DNA of 64,000 bases from Kiritimatiellia bacterium. GTDB lineage: Bacteria > Verrucomicrobiota > Kiritimatiellia > RFP12 > DVOR01. Every line of letters begins with the position of its first letter. The stretch's first letter is position 1. The notes beneath the pieces were generated by a model that was not told where the DNA came from, did no database searches, and saw only the letters and a program-made list of their open reading frames with translations. This document shows, piece by piece, positions 28,874 through 39,564 of the stretch. Location of the stretch: NCBI GenBank assembly GCA_017531445.1, contig JAFXKZ010000002.1, positions 85,213-149,212 of the forward strand, in the 5' to 3' direction. Both the position numbers and the translations under genes were made by a program.

Positions 28874-29743
28874 ATGGATTCGCAAGAACAAAGAAGTAAA
28901 CAACTAAAACGGTTATTTAGGGAAGCAGCATTTGCGTCGGGTTCGGCACTGTCTGCTTTTTTAAAGGAGTTTGCCAAATCTCATTCTGGGTGTTACTTTC
29001 AATATACAACGATTAGTGCCTTAAAGGGCATGTATGAGAATGGTTGTTTACTTCTAACGCGTGCAACAGAGTTGAATGACGTAGATGAAATGAAGATTCA
29101 ACCAGCGGAGAAAAAACGCTCGTATGTTGCAAGTTTTTCTGCACTTCGATCTGAATCCATTGCAATGTGGACATTGTATGGAACACCTGCAAAAGAGGGG
29201 ATTCGGATTCGTTTTCCAAAGAAGACGATTGATAAATTGCTTTCTGTCGTGCGAGGAGAAGACAAAAAACTTTTTGCATATGGTGTAAGGTCACTTAAGC
29301 GAATCGGAACGTGTAAAAAAGCTGTACAAGTTGAAGAGGCCTACTTTACAGACGTGGTTTATCGTGGAAAGAATGCATTAACTTGGCGTGATTTGTGTGT
29401 GGCGGGGTTACCTCAATTAGGTCAAATGATAGAGGGAGACTCACTTTTGGGACAGATAAAAGATGATTTTTGGCGTTATGAGAATGAAGTGCGCTTGATT
29501 GTAAAATTAAAAAGCGATGCGAAGAATTACCCTCCAAAGATTGCTATTCCAGTAAAACGACTGTTGAAGGATATGACCGTTGTTTTGGGGCCATGTTTCG
29601 CAGAGGGGGATGAAAGCGAATTTATTAAAGAGGTAGAGGAGAAAGAAAAGGTTAAATTTACAAAGAGTGTTTGTACAAGAAAGGTGCGGTTCCCCAAGCA
29701 TCGCCCATGTAAGGGATGTAAACATTGTATAGTGCATAAATAA
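28874..29743 (+). CDS. DUF2971-like protein
   Basis: FQYTTISAL..., ELNDVDE, SFS...ESIAMWTLYG...GIRI and KDDFWRYENEVRLI match the remembered DUF2971 pattern. Confidence 0.65.
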   Translation: MDSQEQRSKQLKRLFREAAFASGSALSAFLKEFAKSHSGCYFQYTTISALKGMYENGCLLLTRATELNDVDEMKIQPAEKKRSYVASFSALRSESIAMWTLYGTPAKEGIRIRFPKKTIDKLLSVVRGEDKKLFAYGVRSLKRIGTCKKAVQVEEAYFTDVVYRGKNALTWRDLCVAGLPQLGQMIEGDSLLGQIKDDFWRYENEVRLIVKLKSDAKNYPPKIAIPVKRLLKDMTVVLGPCFAEGDESEFIKEVEEKEKVKFTKSVCTRKVRFPKHRPCKGCKHCIVHK

Positions 29744-29779
29744 AGCGTGTTAATTTAATTAGACGAATAGAGGATTTGA

Positions 29780-32700
29780 ATGAAAAAGCTACTTTTGGTT
29801 TTATTGACTTTCAGTTTGGTGGCGATTTTACATGCTGCAACCGCCACAGTTAACGGTATTGAATGGACTTACGAAGTCTCAAATGGTGAGGCGCAGCTTT
29901 TTGATCGTTTTTCTCCTGTAATCTCTACATCCACAAGTGGAGTTATCACTATTCCTTCGACCCTTGGCGGTCTTCCCGTGACCTCCATCGGGTTTCATGC
30001 GTTTCGCAATTGCTCAAATTTGACCTCAGTGAGGATTCCCTCTAGCGTGAGATCCATTGAGGAGGATGCGTTTTACGGTTGCTCTGGTTTGACCTCGGTG
30101 ATGATTCCCCAAGGTGTGACTTTTATTGGCAATGAAGCGTTTTACAATTGTTCTGGCTTGACCGCTATAACGATTCCCTCTAGCGTGACTTCCATCGGGA
30201 TTTCTGCGTTTTCGGGTTGTTCAGGTTTGACCTCTGTAACGATTCCCTCAAGCGTGACTCTCCTCGGGGGTTCTGTGTTTTCTGGTGTTTCTCCGACAAC
30301 GTTGACAGCGGCCTGGTTGCCGTCTGGTATGTCTGCGAGTAAGTAGAAGACATTGGTAATTCCCGAAGGTGTGACTTCTATTGGAGATGAGGCGTTTAAG
30401 AATTGCTCGGGTTTACCCTCGGTAACAATTCCTGAAGGTGTGACGGCTATTGGGGAAGGAGCGTTTCGCAATTGCTCAAATTTGACCTCAGTGAGGATTC
30501 CTGAAGGCGTGACTTCAATTGGGAGTCATGCGTTTTCTAGTTGCCACAAATTGTTTTCGGTGAGGATTCCCTCTAGCGTGACCACCATTGGGAATGATGC
30601 GTTTTGGGGTTGCTCTCGTTTGACCTCCGTTTGGTTTAAAGGTAAACCACCGAGTGTTGACTCCTACGCATTTGCGAATCTTCCTTCGTTTGCGATAGGG
30701 GGGTATTTACCTATGTATGCATCAGAATGGGAGTCTGTGATTGATACAGATGGGAAGTGGAATGGTTTAAAAATGGTGTGTGTGGAAGAATTCCCCGCAT
30801 CATTCTCCTGTGAGATTAAAAATGGTGCGGTGACAATTACAAGTGTTCTGGATGATTATCCTCCTGCTCTTATGATTCCCACCTCTCTCGGCGGCTACCC
30901 TGTGACTTCTATTGGAGATGAGGCGTTTAAGAATTGCTCAGGTTTAACCTCGGTAACGATTCCCGAAGGTGTGATTTCTATTGGAGATGAGGCGTTTTCC
31001 GGTTGCTCAAGTTTGATTTCTGTAACGATTTCCGAAGGTGTGACCACAATTGGGGAAGGAGCGTTTTCCGGCTGCTCAAGTTTAACCTCAGTGACGATTC
31101 CTTCTAGCGTGACATCAATTGGGTGGGGGGTGTTTTATGATTGCACAGCATTGCCTAAAGACGAAAACGGTGTACAGTACGAGAGCGCTAAAAAGGTTGT
31201 TTTAATTCATGTGCCGACCTCTTTAACTGGCGACTTCGTAATTCCTGACAGTGTGCGTTTTATTTATCCATATGCGTTTTCCGGTTGCTCGAATTTGACC
31301 TCTGTGACGATTCCCGAAGGCTTGACCGAAATTGGGGATTCTGCGTTTTATGGTTGCAGTAGTTTGACCTCGGTGCGGATTCCCTCTAGCGTGACATCAA
31401 TTGGAGTGGATGCTTTTAGTGGTGTTGCTCCAGAAACATTGACGGCTGCATGGATTCCTAGTGGAATGTCGGGAGATAAGCTCAAGACGTTGATTATTCC
31501 CGAAGGTGTAACATCCATTGGGGAGAAAGCGTTTTACAAATGCTTGAGTTTGACCTCTGTGACGATTCCTGAAGGCTTGACCGAAATTGGGGTGGCAGCG
31601 TTTAGGGAGTGCTCAGGTTTGACATCCATAACGATTCCCTCGAGTGTGACATCTATTGGGGGTGGGGCGTTTTTGGGTTGCTCAAGTTTAACCTCAATAA
31701 CGATTCCTGAAGGTGTGACCTCTATTAGCAATGGGGTGTTTTATGGTTGCTCAAGTTTGACCTCTGTGACGATTCCCGAAGGTGTAACATCCATTGGAAA
31801 GGAAGCGTTTTACGATTGCTCTTTTACCTCAATTACGATTCCCTCTAGCGTGACATCAATTGGAGTGGATGCGTTTTTTTCTTGCTCAAATTTAACATCC
31901 GTGACGATTCCAGAAGGCGTAACATCCATTGGAGATTATGCGTTTAGGCATTGCTCTCGTTTGTGGACTGTTACGCTTCCTCCGAGTCTAACCTCAATTG
32001 GGAGGTATGTGTTTTACTGTTGCTCGAGTTTGAGCTCAGTGACGATTCCTTCAACTGTGACTTCAATCGGGGCCTACGCGTTTTATGAGTGTTCCAATTT
32101 AGATTCGGTGACGATTCCTTCTAGCGTAACCTCTATTGGAGATTATGCGTTTTACAATTGCGAAGGTTTGACCTCGGTTTATTTCAACGGTAAACCTCCA
32201 CAAGTTGGTTCTAGTACATTTGCTTCTTGGTATACTACGGTAATGGGTTTTTACTTTCCTGCGTATGCACCTGAATGGAAGGCGGTGATGGCACAGGGCA
32301 TGTGGAATATGTTAAGGATGGTGTGTTCAGAAGAGAGTCATGCGTCATTAACCTATAAGATTCAAAATGGTGTAGTGATTATTACAGGTGTTAAAAGTGA
32401 CTGCCCTCCTGCTCTTATCATCCCGTCTACCCTCAGTGGTTATCCCGTAACCTCAATTGAGGACTCTGCGTTTCGCGGTTGCACAGGTTTGGTCTCGGTG
32501 ACGATTCCTGAAGGCGTGACTTCAATCGGGAGTCGTGCGTTTTCCGATTGCTCGAATTTGACCTCTTTTGTGGTTGATTCAAAAAATCAATACTATTCGG
32601 CAATAGATGGATTGCTTTGCAGTAAAGATGGCAAGACGCTTATCCAATGTCCTTTGAGTTTAACCTCTGTGACGATTCCAGAGAGTGTGATCTTCATTGA

Positions 32701-35700
32701 GGACTCTGCGTTTTATAGTTGCTCTGGTTTGACCTCTGTGACGATTCCCGAAGGCGTGATTTCAATTGGGGCTTATGCGTTTAACGGTTGCTCTGGATTG
32801 ACCTCTGTGACGATTCCCGAAGGCGTGATTTCAATTGGGGCTTATGCGTTTAACGGTTGCTCGAATTTAACCTCTTTTGTGGTTGATTCAAAAAATCAAT
32901 ACTATTCGGCAATAGATGGATTGCTTTGCAGTAAAGATGGCAAAACGCTTATCGCATGTCCTAGCGGTTTAACCTCTGTAACGATTCCTGAAGGTGTGAT
33001 TTCTATTGGAGATGAGGCGTTTTCCGGTTGCTCAAGTTTGATCTCTGTAACGATTTCCGAAGGTGTGACCACAATTGGGAGTCGTGCGTTTTACGGTTGC
33101 TCGAATTTGACCTCTGTGACGATCCCCGAAAGCGTAACATCCATTGGAGATCATGCGTTTTACGAATGTTCTGGCTTAACCTCTTTGACGATTCCCTCTA
33201 GCGTGACATCAATTGGAGTAAATGCTTTTGGTGGTGTTGCTCCAGAAACATTGACGGCCGCATGGCTTCCAATTGGAATTTCGGGAGATAAGCTCAAGAC
33301 GTTGATTATTCCCGAAGGTGTGTCCTCAATTGAGGACTCTGCGTTTTACAAATGCTCAAGTCTGACCTCTGTAACGATTCCTTCTAGCGTAACATCCATT
33401 GGGGAGAGTGCGTTTCAAGGTTGCTCGACTTTGACCTCTGTGACGATTCCCGAAGGCGTGACTTCAATCGGGGCTTCTACGTTTAACGGTTGCTCGGGTT
33501 TGACGTCGGTGACGATTCCTTCTAGTGTGACCTCCATTGAGGGTTGGGCGTTTTTTGGTTGCTCAAGTCTGACCTCTGTAACGATTCCTTCTAGCGTAAC
33601 ATCCATTGGGGAGAGTGCGTTTAACGGTTGCTCGGGTTTGACGTCGGTGACGATTCCCTTGAGTGTGACATCTATTGGGGGTGGGGCGTTTAACGGTTGC
33701 GAAGGCTTGCCTAACGATGAAAATGGCGTGCAGTATGAGAGTGAAGCAAAGATTGTTTTGATTGACGTTCCGACATCGTTAACAGGTGTATTTGTTATCC
33801 CCAATAGCGTACGTTTTATCTATTCTGAAGCGTTTAACGGTTGCTCGGGTTTGACGTCGGTGACGATTCCCGAAGGCGTGACTTCAATCGGGGCTTCTAC
33901 GTTTTACGGTTGCTCGGGTTTGACGTCGGTGACGATTCCTTCTAGTGTGACCTCCATTGAGGGTTGGGCGTTTTTGGCTTGCGATAGTTTGACCAAAGTT
34001 TATATTTCGGATATCGATGCGTGGTGTTTAATTAACTTTTCTGACAACTATTCCAATCCGTTGTCCTATGATAAGGGCGATTTTTATCTCAATGGAGAAA
34101 AGATTACAACTGTGATTATTCCTTCAAATGTAACTTCAATCAACAGTTATGCGTTTCGCAATTGCTCGAGTTTGGCGTCGGTGACGATTCCTGAAGGCGT
34201 GACCTCCATTGGCGATGAGGCCTTTGGGGGTTGTACCAGTTTAACGTCCGTCACGATTCCCTCTAGCGTCACCTCCATTGGGGATTATGCGTTTAACGGT
34301 TGCTCGGGTTTGACGTCGGTGACGATTCCCTCGAGTGTGACATCTATTGGGGGTGGGGCGTTTAACGGTTGCTCGGGTTTGACGTCGGTGACGATTCCCT
34401 CGAGTGTGACATCTATTGGAGTGAATGCTTTTGGTGGTGTTGCGCCAGAGCTGTTGACAGCGGCGTGGTGGCCAAGTGGAATGTCGGGAGATAAGCTCAA
34501 GACGTTGATTATTCCTGACAGTGTGACCGAAATTGCTAACGATGCGTTTTCAGGTTGCTCGAGTTTGACTTCTGTGACGATTCCCTCTAGCGTGACCTCC
34601 ATTGGGGATTTTGCGTTTGAAGGTTGCTCTGAATTGACCTCGGTGACGATTCCTTCAAGTGTGACTTCAATCGGGGCATATGCGTTTCGCGGTTGCTCGG
34701 GTTTGACGTCGGTGACGATTCCAGAAGGCGTAACATCCATTGGAGATCATGCGTTTTACTGGTGTTCAGGTTTAACCTCTGTGACGATTCCTGAAGGCTT
34801 GACCTCCATTGGGGACTCAGCCTTTTCGTGGTGCTCGGGTTTGACTTCTGTGACGATTCCCGAAGGTGTGACTACTATTGGGTCTTCTACGTTTTACTAT
34901 TGCTCGAGTTTGACCTCGGCGAGGATTCCCTCTAGCGTGACCTCGATTGGGGATTGGGCATTTTCGGGTTGCTCAAGTTTGATTTCTATTACGATTCCCA
35001 AAGATGTGATCACCATTGGGGCAAAGGCCTTTGAAGGTTGTAGCAACTTAGGGGAAGTAATTTTTAAAGGAAATCCTCCGATAGCGAGCTCAGATTCTTT
35101 CATCTTATGTGATGGTTACTACCCCTCAACTAAAGCAACGGAGTGGTCTAAGGTCATTACGTCTGGGCTTTGGAATAATCTTCGCATGACATCGTATCAA
35201 TCGGCAAACATTACATTTGATGCGAATGGAGGCGAAGGCGGCGGTGATGTGACCTTGGATTATGGTGTGGCACTTGTTGCTCCGACTGTAACCCGTGAAG
35301 GTTACACCTTCCTTGGATGGTCTCCGTCTGTTCCTTCAATGGCTCCTGCTACAAATACAACTTACATTGCACAGTGGCAGATTAATCAGTACACGATTAC
35401 CTTTGACGCTGCTGGTGGTGAAGGAGGTACAAGCGTAACACAAGACTATGGTTCATCTTTGGAGATTCCAATTGTGACGCGTGAGGGTTATCTCTTTATG
35501 GGGTGGTCTCCAACTCCACCTACAATTGTTCCCTCTACGAATATAACGTGCGTAGCCCAATGGCGAAGGGCGTGTAATGTTGTGGTTCATATTGACGGAT
35601 CTGGAACCGTTGTGGGTGAAGGAATTTACCCAGAGGGTGCCGAAATTACCTTGACGGCTACGCCGAGTGAAAAGAGCATCTTTTGCGGGTGGAGTACGAC

Positions 35701-36085
35701 ACCTATGAATGGCAATGAAACGTTGCAGCTCACGGTGCCTGGAGAGGACCTAACGCTTACTGCATACTTTATGGATGCGTCAGCGCTTGATGTTTACCTT
35801 CAAACGCATGAAAGCGTTTCTCAGGAGGTAATTGATGCACGCGTAGAAGAAGTTATTACTGAACGTGGACTGCTAACGCGAGCAGAACTCAAGGCATTGG
35901 CAAAGGACTCGCCTGTGGTTGAGGTGAAAAATGGTGTTGCAACGCTAAAGGTGAATTTAAAGCAAGCCGCATCATTGGAAGAACTTTCATCAAATGCGGT
36001 GGATAGTCCGCAACAACTCAACATTAAAGTTCCCGATGACGAAAAGGTGCTTCTTTACAAGGTCGTGAAGCCAAGTAAGGAATAA
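29780..36085 (+). pseudogene. Large BspA-type LRR (LRR_5) surface protein, about 2100 aa, interrupted by one in-frame TAG at 30344-30346
   Basis: Signal peptide, dozens of TSVTIP(E/S)(G/S)VTSIGxxAFxxC repeats, two InlB-B/Flg_new-like repeats and a C-terminal domain. The two track ORFs are in the same frame; GMSASK*KTLVIP aligns with GMSGDKLKTLIIP elsewhere in the gene. Confidence 0.85.
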
Positions 36086-36125
36086 GTCTTATCCGAGTTG
36101 TTGAATAGTTGAAAGGATTTTGACA

Positions 36126-38966
36126 ATGAAAAAGATTTTATTGATATTGCTCTCATGCGTTTTAGGATTTTACCTTCCCGCTGAGACAGAAACCATTGAT
36201 GGCATTGAATGGACCTATCAAGTCTCAAATGGTGAAGCGCAGATTTATAAGGATTATTGGTCTCCTGTAATCCCATCATCTACCTGTGGCGCCATCACTA
36301 TCCCCTCCACCCTCGGAGGCTACTCTGTGACCTCTATTGGGGATTCTGCGTTTCGCGGTTGCTCAAGTTTGACGTCAGTGACGATTCCCTCAAGCGTGAC
36401 CTCCATTGGGGATTGTGCGTTTTTGTTTTGCTCAAGTTTGACCTCTGTGACGATTCCCTCAAGCGTGACCTTCATTGGGGGCAATGCGTTTTACGGTTGC
36501 ACAAATCTGTGGAAAGATACAAATGGTGTGCAGTATGAAAGTGATGCAAAGGTTGTTTTGATTCAAACGCCTACATCATTAACAGGCGAATTCCTTATTC
36601 CAAATAGCGTGCGTTTTATTCATTCGGAAGCGTTTTACGATTGCTCTGGTTTGACGTCAGTTACGATTCCCTCTAGTGTAATCTCCATTGGGGATTCTGC
36701 GTTTCGCGGTTGCTCTGGTTTGACGTCAGTGACGATTCCCTCGAGTGTGACCTCCATTGGGTATCAGGCATTTTACAGTTGCTCTAGTTTGACCTCAGTG
36801 ACGATTCCCGAAGGTGTGACCACCATTGAGTTTGAGGCGTTTTGCGGTTGCTCGAGTTTGACGTCAGTGACGATTCCCGAAGGTGTGACCTCCATCGGGT
36901 GGGATGCGTTTCTCGGTTGCTCAAGTTTGACATCGGTTCATATTTCAGACCTTGAGGCATGGTGTAAAATTAAATTGGGGTCGGCGACTTCGAATCCTCT
37001 TGGTTATGCTAAAAAACTATATTTGAATGGTAATTTAGTTGATGAGTTGAACATTCCTTCTAGCGTGACCTCTATTGGGTTTGCTATGTTTTACAACTGC
37101 GAGAGTTTGACTTCGGTGACGATTCCCGAAGGCGTGACCTCAATTGGGGGCTCTGCGTTTTCTGGTTGTACAGGCTTGATCTCTGTCATTTTTTTAGGAG
37201 ATGTTCCTTTGGTCAAAGATTCCCCTGCATTTGAATCAACTAAAGGGTATTATACATCACAATATGCCTCTGAGTGGGAAGAGGTCATAGCGGCAGACGG
37301 GACTTGGAATGGCTTAGCGATGCGTTGTATGGAGGCAGGAAAACTTTTCACATTAACCTTTGATGCGAATGGTGGAGAAGGTGGTCAGACGCTTACGCAG
37401 GCATATGGAACAACTTTTATCGCTCCGACGGTCACACGTGAAGGTTATGCTTTTGTGGGATGGTATCCGACCGTTCCGTCCAAAATTCCAGCGCAGGATG
37501 TTACTTACACGGCGCAATGGAAAATTAATCAGTATTCGATTACGTTTGACGCTGCTGGAGGTGAAGGTGGCACAAGCGTAACGCAAGACTACGGCTCTTC
37601 TCTTACCGCTCCAACTGTAACACGTGAAGGTTACACGTTTACTAGTTGGTCGCCTACTGTTCCTACAACTGTGCCTGCCGCGAATGCGACGTACACGGCA
37701 CAATGGCAGATTAATCAGTATACGATTACGTTTGACGCCGCTGGTGGTGAAGGTGGCACAAGCGTAACGCAAGATTACGGTTCTTCTCTTATTACTCCAA
37801 CTGTAACGCGTGAGGGTTATACCTTTATTGGTTGGTCGCCTGAAGTTCCTACAACTGTGCCCGCTGCGAATGCGACTTACACGGCGCAATGGAAAATTAA
37901 TCAGTACACGATTACTTTTGATGCTGTTGGAGGTGAAGGAGGTACAAGCGTAACACAAGACTATGGTTCATCTCTTACCGCTCCAACAGTAACACGTGAG
38001 GGTTATACCTTTATTGGTTGGTCACCTACAGTTCCTGTGACAGTACCTGCCACGAATGCTACTTACACGGCGCAATGGCGAGCGAATCAGTATACACAGA
38101 CTTTTGATGCAAATGGTGGTGAAGGTGGTGCAAGTCTAACGCAAGATTATGCCTCTTCTCTTATCGCTCCAACTGTAACGCGTGAAGGTTATACCTTTAT
38201 TGGTTGGTCGCCTGAAGTTCCTACAACAGTGCCTGCTATGAATGCTACTTATACGGCTCAGTGGCGGATTAATCAGTATACGATTACTTTTGACGCCGCA
38301 GGCGGTGAAGGTGGCACAAGTGTAACGCAAGAATATGGTTCATCCCTTACCGCTCCAACTGTAACACGTGAAGGTCATCGCTTCTTAGGTTGGTTGCCTG
38401 AAGTGCCGTCAATCACACCTGCGGAGAATGCAATTTATGTTGCTCAGTGGGCGAAGGTTTATGAAGTTACGATTAACTGTAAAGGTGATGGCACAGTTTC
38501 GGGTGAGGGATGGTATCAACCAGGTGCATCTGTAGTCCTAACAGCAACGCCAGATGAAGGTGTTACTTTTTGTGGCTGGGATGGGTTTAAGAAAACTGCA
38601 GAGGCAACGATTTCCTTTGTGATGCCAGAGGAAGATGTTGTATTAAGTGCTTATTTTGCAAAATCAAGCGCATTAGATGCATATCTCTCAACCCATGAGA
38701 ATTCAGGTGGAGACGCCGATGACTTAGATTCCCTTGTAGAAGCAGAGATTGCTAAGCGTGATTTACACACTGCAGATGAAATGAAAGAAATGGTTGTGGA
38801 CACGCCTGTGATTGAAGCAAAGAATGGCGTTGTCACAATTCGTTTACAAGTGAAAGATGGCGCGGCAAGTGAAGTAATGGATGGCGGTGAGGTTTCGGTG
38901 GAGATTACACCGAAGGCCGGTGAAAAGGCGGGCTTCTATAAGTTCGTTGTGCCAGATGAGCAGTAA
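36126..38966 (+). CDS. BspA-type LRR surface protein with six InlB-B/Listeria-Bacteroides-type repeats
   Basis: MKKILLILL signal peptide, LRR_5 repeats, ITFDAAGGEGG...PTVTREGYTF.GW repeats and a C-terminal domain shared with the upstream paralog. Confidence 0.9.
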   Translation: MKKILLILLSCVLGFYLPAETETIDGIEWTYQVSNGEAQIYKDYWSPVIPSSTCGAITIPSTLGGYSVTSIGDSAFRGCSSLTSVTIPSSVTSIGDCAFLFCSSLTSVTIPSSVTFIGGNAFYGCTNLWKDTNGVQYESDAKVVLIQTPTSLTGEFLIPNSVRFIHSEAFYDCSGLTSVTIPSSVISIGDSAFRGCSGLTSVTIPSSVTSIGYQAFYSCSSLTSVTIPEGVTTIEFEAFCGCSSLTSVTIPEGVTSIGWDAFLGCSSLTSVHISDLEAWCKIKLGSATSNPLGYAKKLYLNGNLVDELNIPSSVTSIGFAMFYNCESLTSVTIPEGVTSIGGSAFSGCTGLISVIFLGDVPLVKDSPAFESTKGYYTSQYASEWEEVIAADGTWNGLAMRCMEAGKLFTLTFDANGGEGGQTLTQAYGTTFIAPTVTREGYAFVGWYPTVPSKIPAQDVTYTAQWKINQYSITFDAAGGEGGTSVTQDYGSSLTAPTVTREGYTFTSWSPTVPTTVPAANATYTAQWQINQYTITFDAAGGEGGTSVTQDYGSSLITPTVTREGYTFIGWSPEVPTTVPAANATYTAQWKINQYTITFDAVGGEGGTSVTQDYGSSLTAPTVTREGYTFIGWSPTVPVTVPATNATYTAQWRANQYTQTFDANGGEGGASLTQDYASSLIAPTVTREGYTFIGWSPEVPTTVPAMNATYTAQWRINQYTITFDAAGGEGGTSVTQEYGSSLTAPTVTREGHRFLGWLPEVPSITPAENAIYVAQWAKVYEVTINCKGDGTVSGEGWYQPGASVVLTATPDEGVTFCGWDGFKKTAEATISFVMPEEDVVLSAYFAKSSALDAYLSTHENSGGDADDLDSLVEAEIAKRDLHTADEMKEMVVDTPVIEAKNGVVTIRLQVKDGAASEVMDGGEVSVEITPKAGEKAGFYKFVVPDEQ
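37343..38455 (+). repeat. Six tandem 186-bp (62-aa) intragenic repeats
   Basis: ATCAGTA(T/C) anchors recur every 186 bp (about 37525, 37711, 37897, 38083, 38269); boundaries are approximate. Confidence 0.85.
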
Positions 38967-38985
38967 GGCTTTTAGGTTTGTCGTT

Positions 38986-39024
38986 AAAGGAAACCTCTGG
39001 TGCTTGCCAGAGGTTTCCTTTTTT
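38986..39024 (+). terminator. Rho-independent terminator after the LRR genes
   Basis: AAAGGAAACCTCTGG-tgcttg-CCAGAGGTTTCCTTT followed by T-tract. Confidence 0.9.
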
Positions 39025-39138
39025 GTTGTTGGTGTCCGGTTTATCGAAATGGTGAAACGGCTACGCGGTGGTCTGTGAGACATTGCAGAAAGTGGACGGC
39101 GGAGGCGTTTGCGGGTCTGGGCGGGGGTGGGATTGCAT

Positions 39139-39220
39139 ATGGGCGATTGTGCCGGTGAAAATGGGCGGGATGTTCGGGGAAAATCGCCGATGTTCCCCCG
39201 GTAGTGTCGCCCATGTTAAA
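39139..39220. repeat. Dispersed intergenic element, copy 3
   Basis: ATGGGCGA...ATGGGCGG...ATCGCCGATGTTCCCCCGGTAGTGTCGCCCATGTTAAAA. Confidence 0.55.
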
Positions 39221-39564
39221 AAGTAGGGTTTGGGTGGAAGGAATGGAGGAACGTTTGAACCGGTTGTGGGTAGGTCGCGACAACCCGTTTTTAGGGGAGA
39301 ATGGCGGGGTGGCACTCGTTTTGATGGCAGGATGGCTCATCATAAAAGTATCCGCCGGAGATGGCAGGCAAAGAGACGTTTTGTGCGCCGGATATCTGCG
39401 GGAGTCGGTGTTTGGCTGTAATGACATCTCAAGGTAGGTGTCTGCGGCAGCGCATAAATGTTTTTTGATAGAGTGGCGATTTTCCAGTTGTTTACAACAA
39501 TAAATAAAGAAAGAGGAGGGGGCTACTTTACGGAGAGAATGCCGTTGTGGTATTATATAGGTCT

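Noticed and set aside
29780-38966. CRISPR array or diversity-generating retroelement in the repetitive region
   Set aside because: The repeats are in-frame protein-coding LRR and InlB-B units. There are no unique spacers, cas genes, reverse transcriptase or adenine-specific TR/VR pair.
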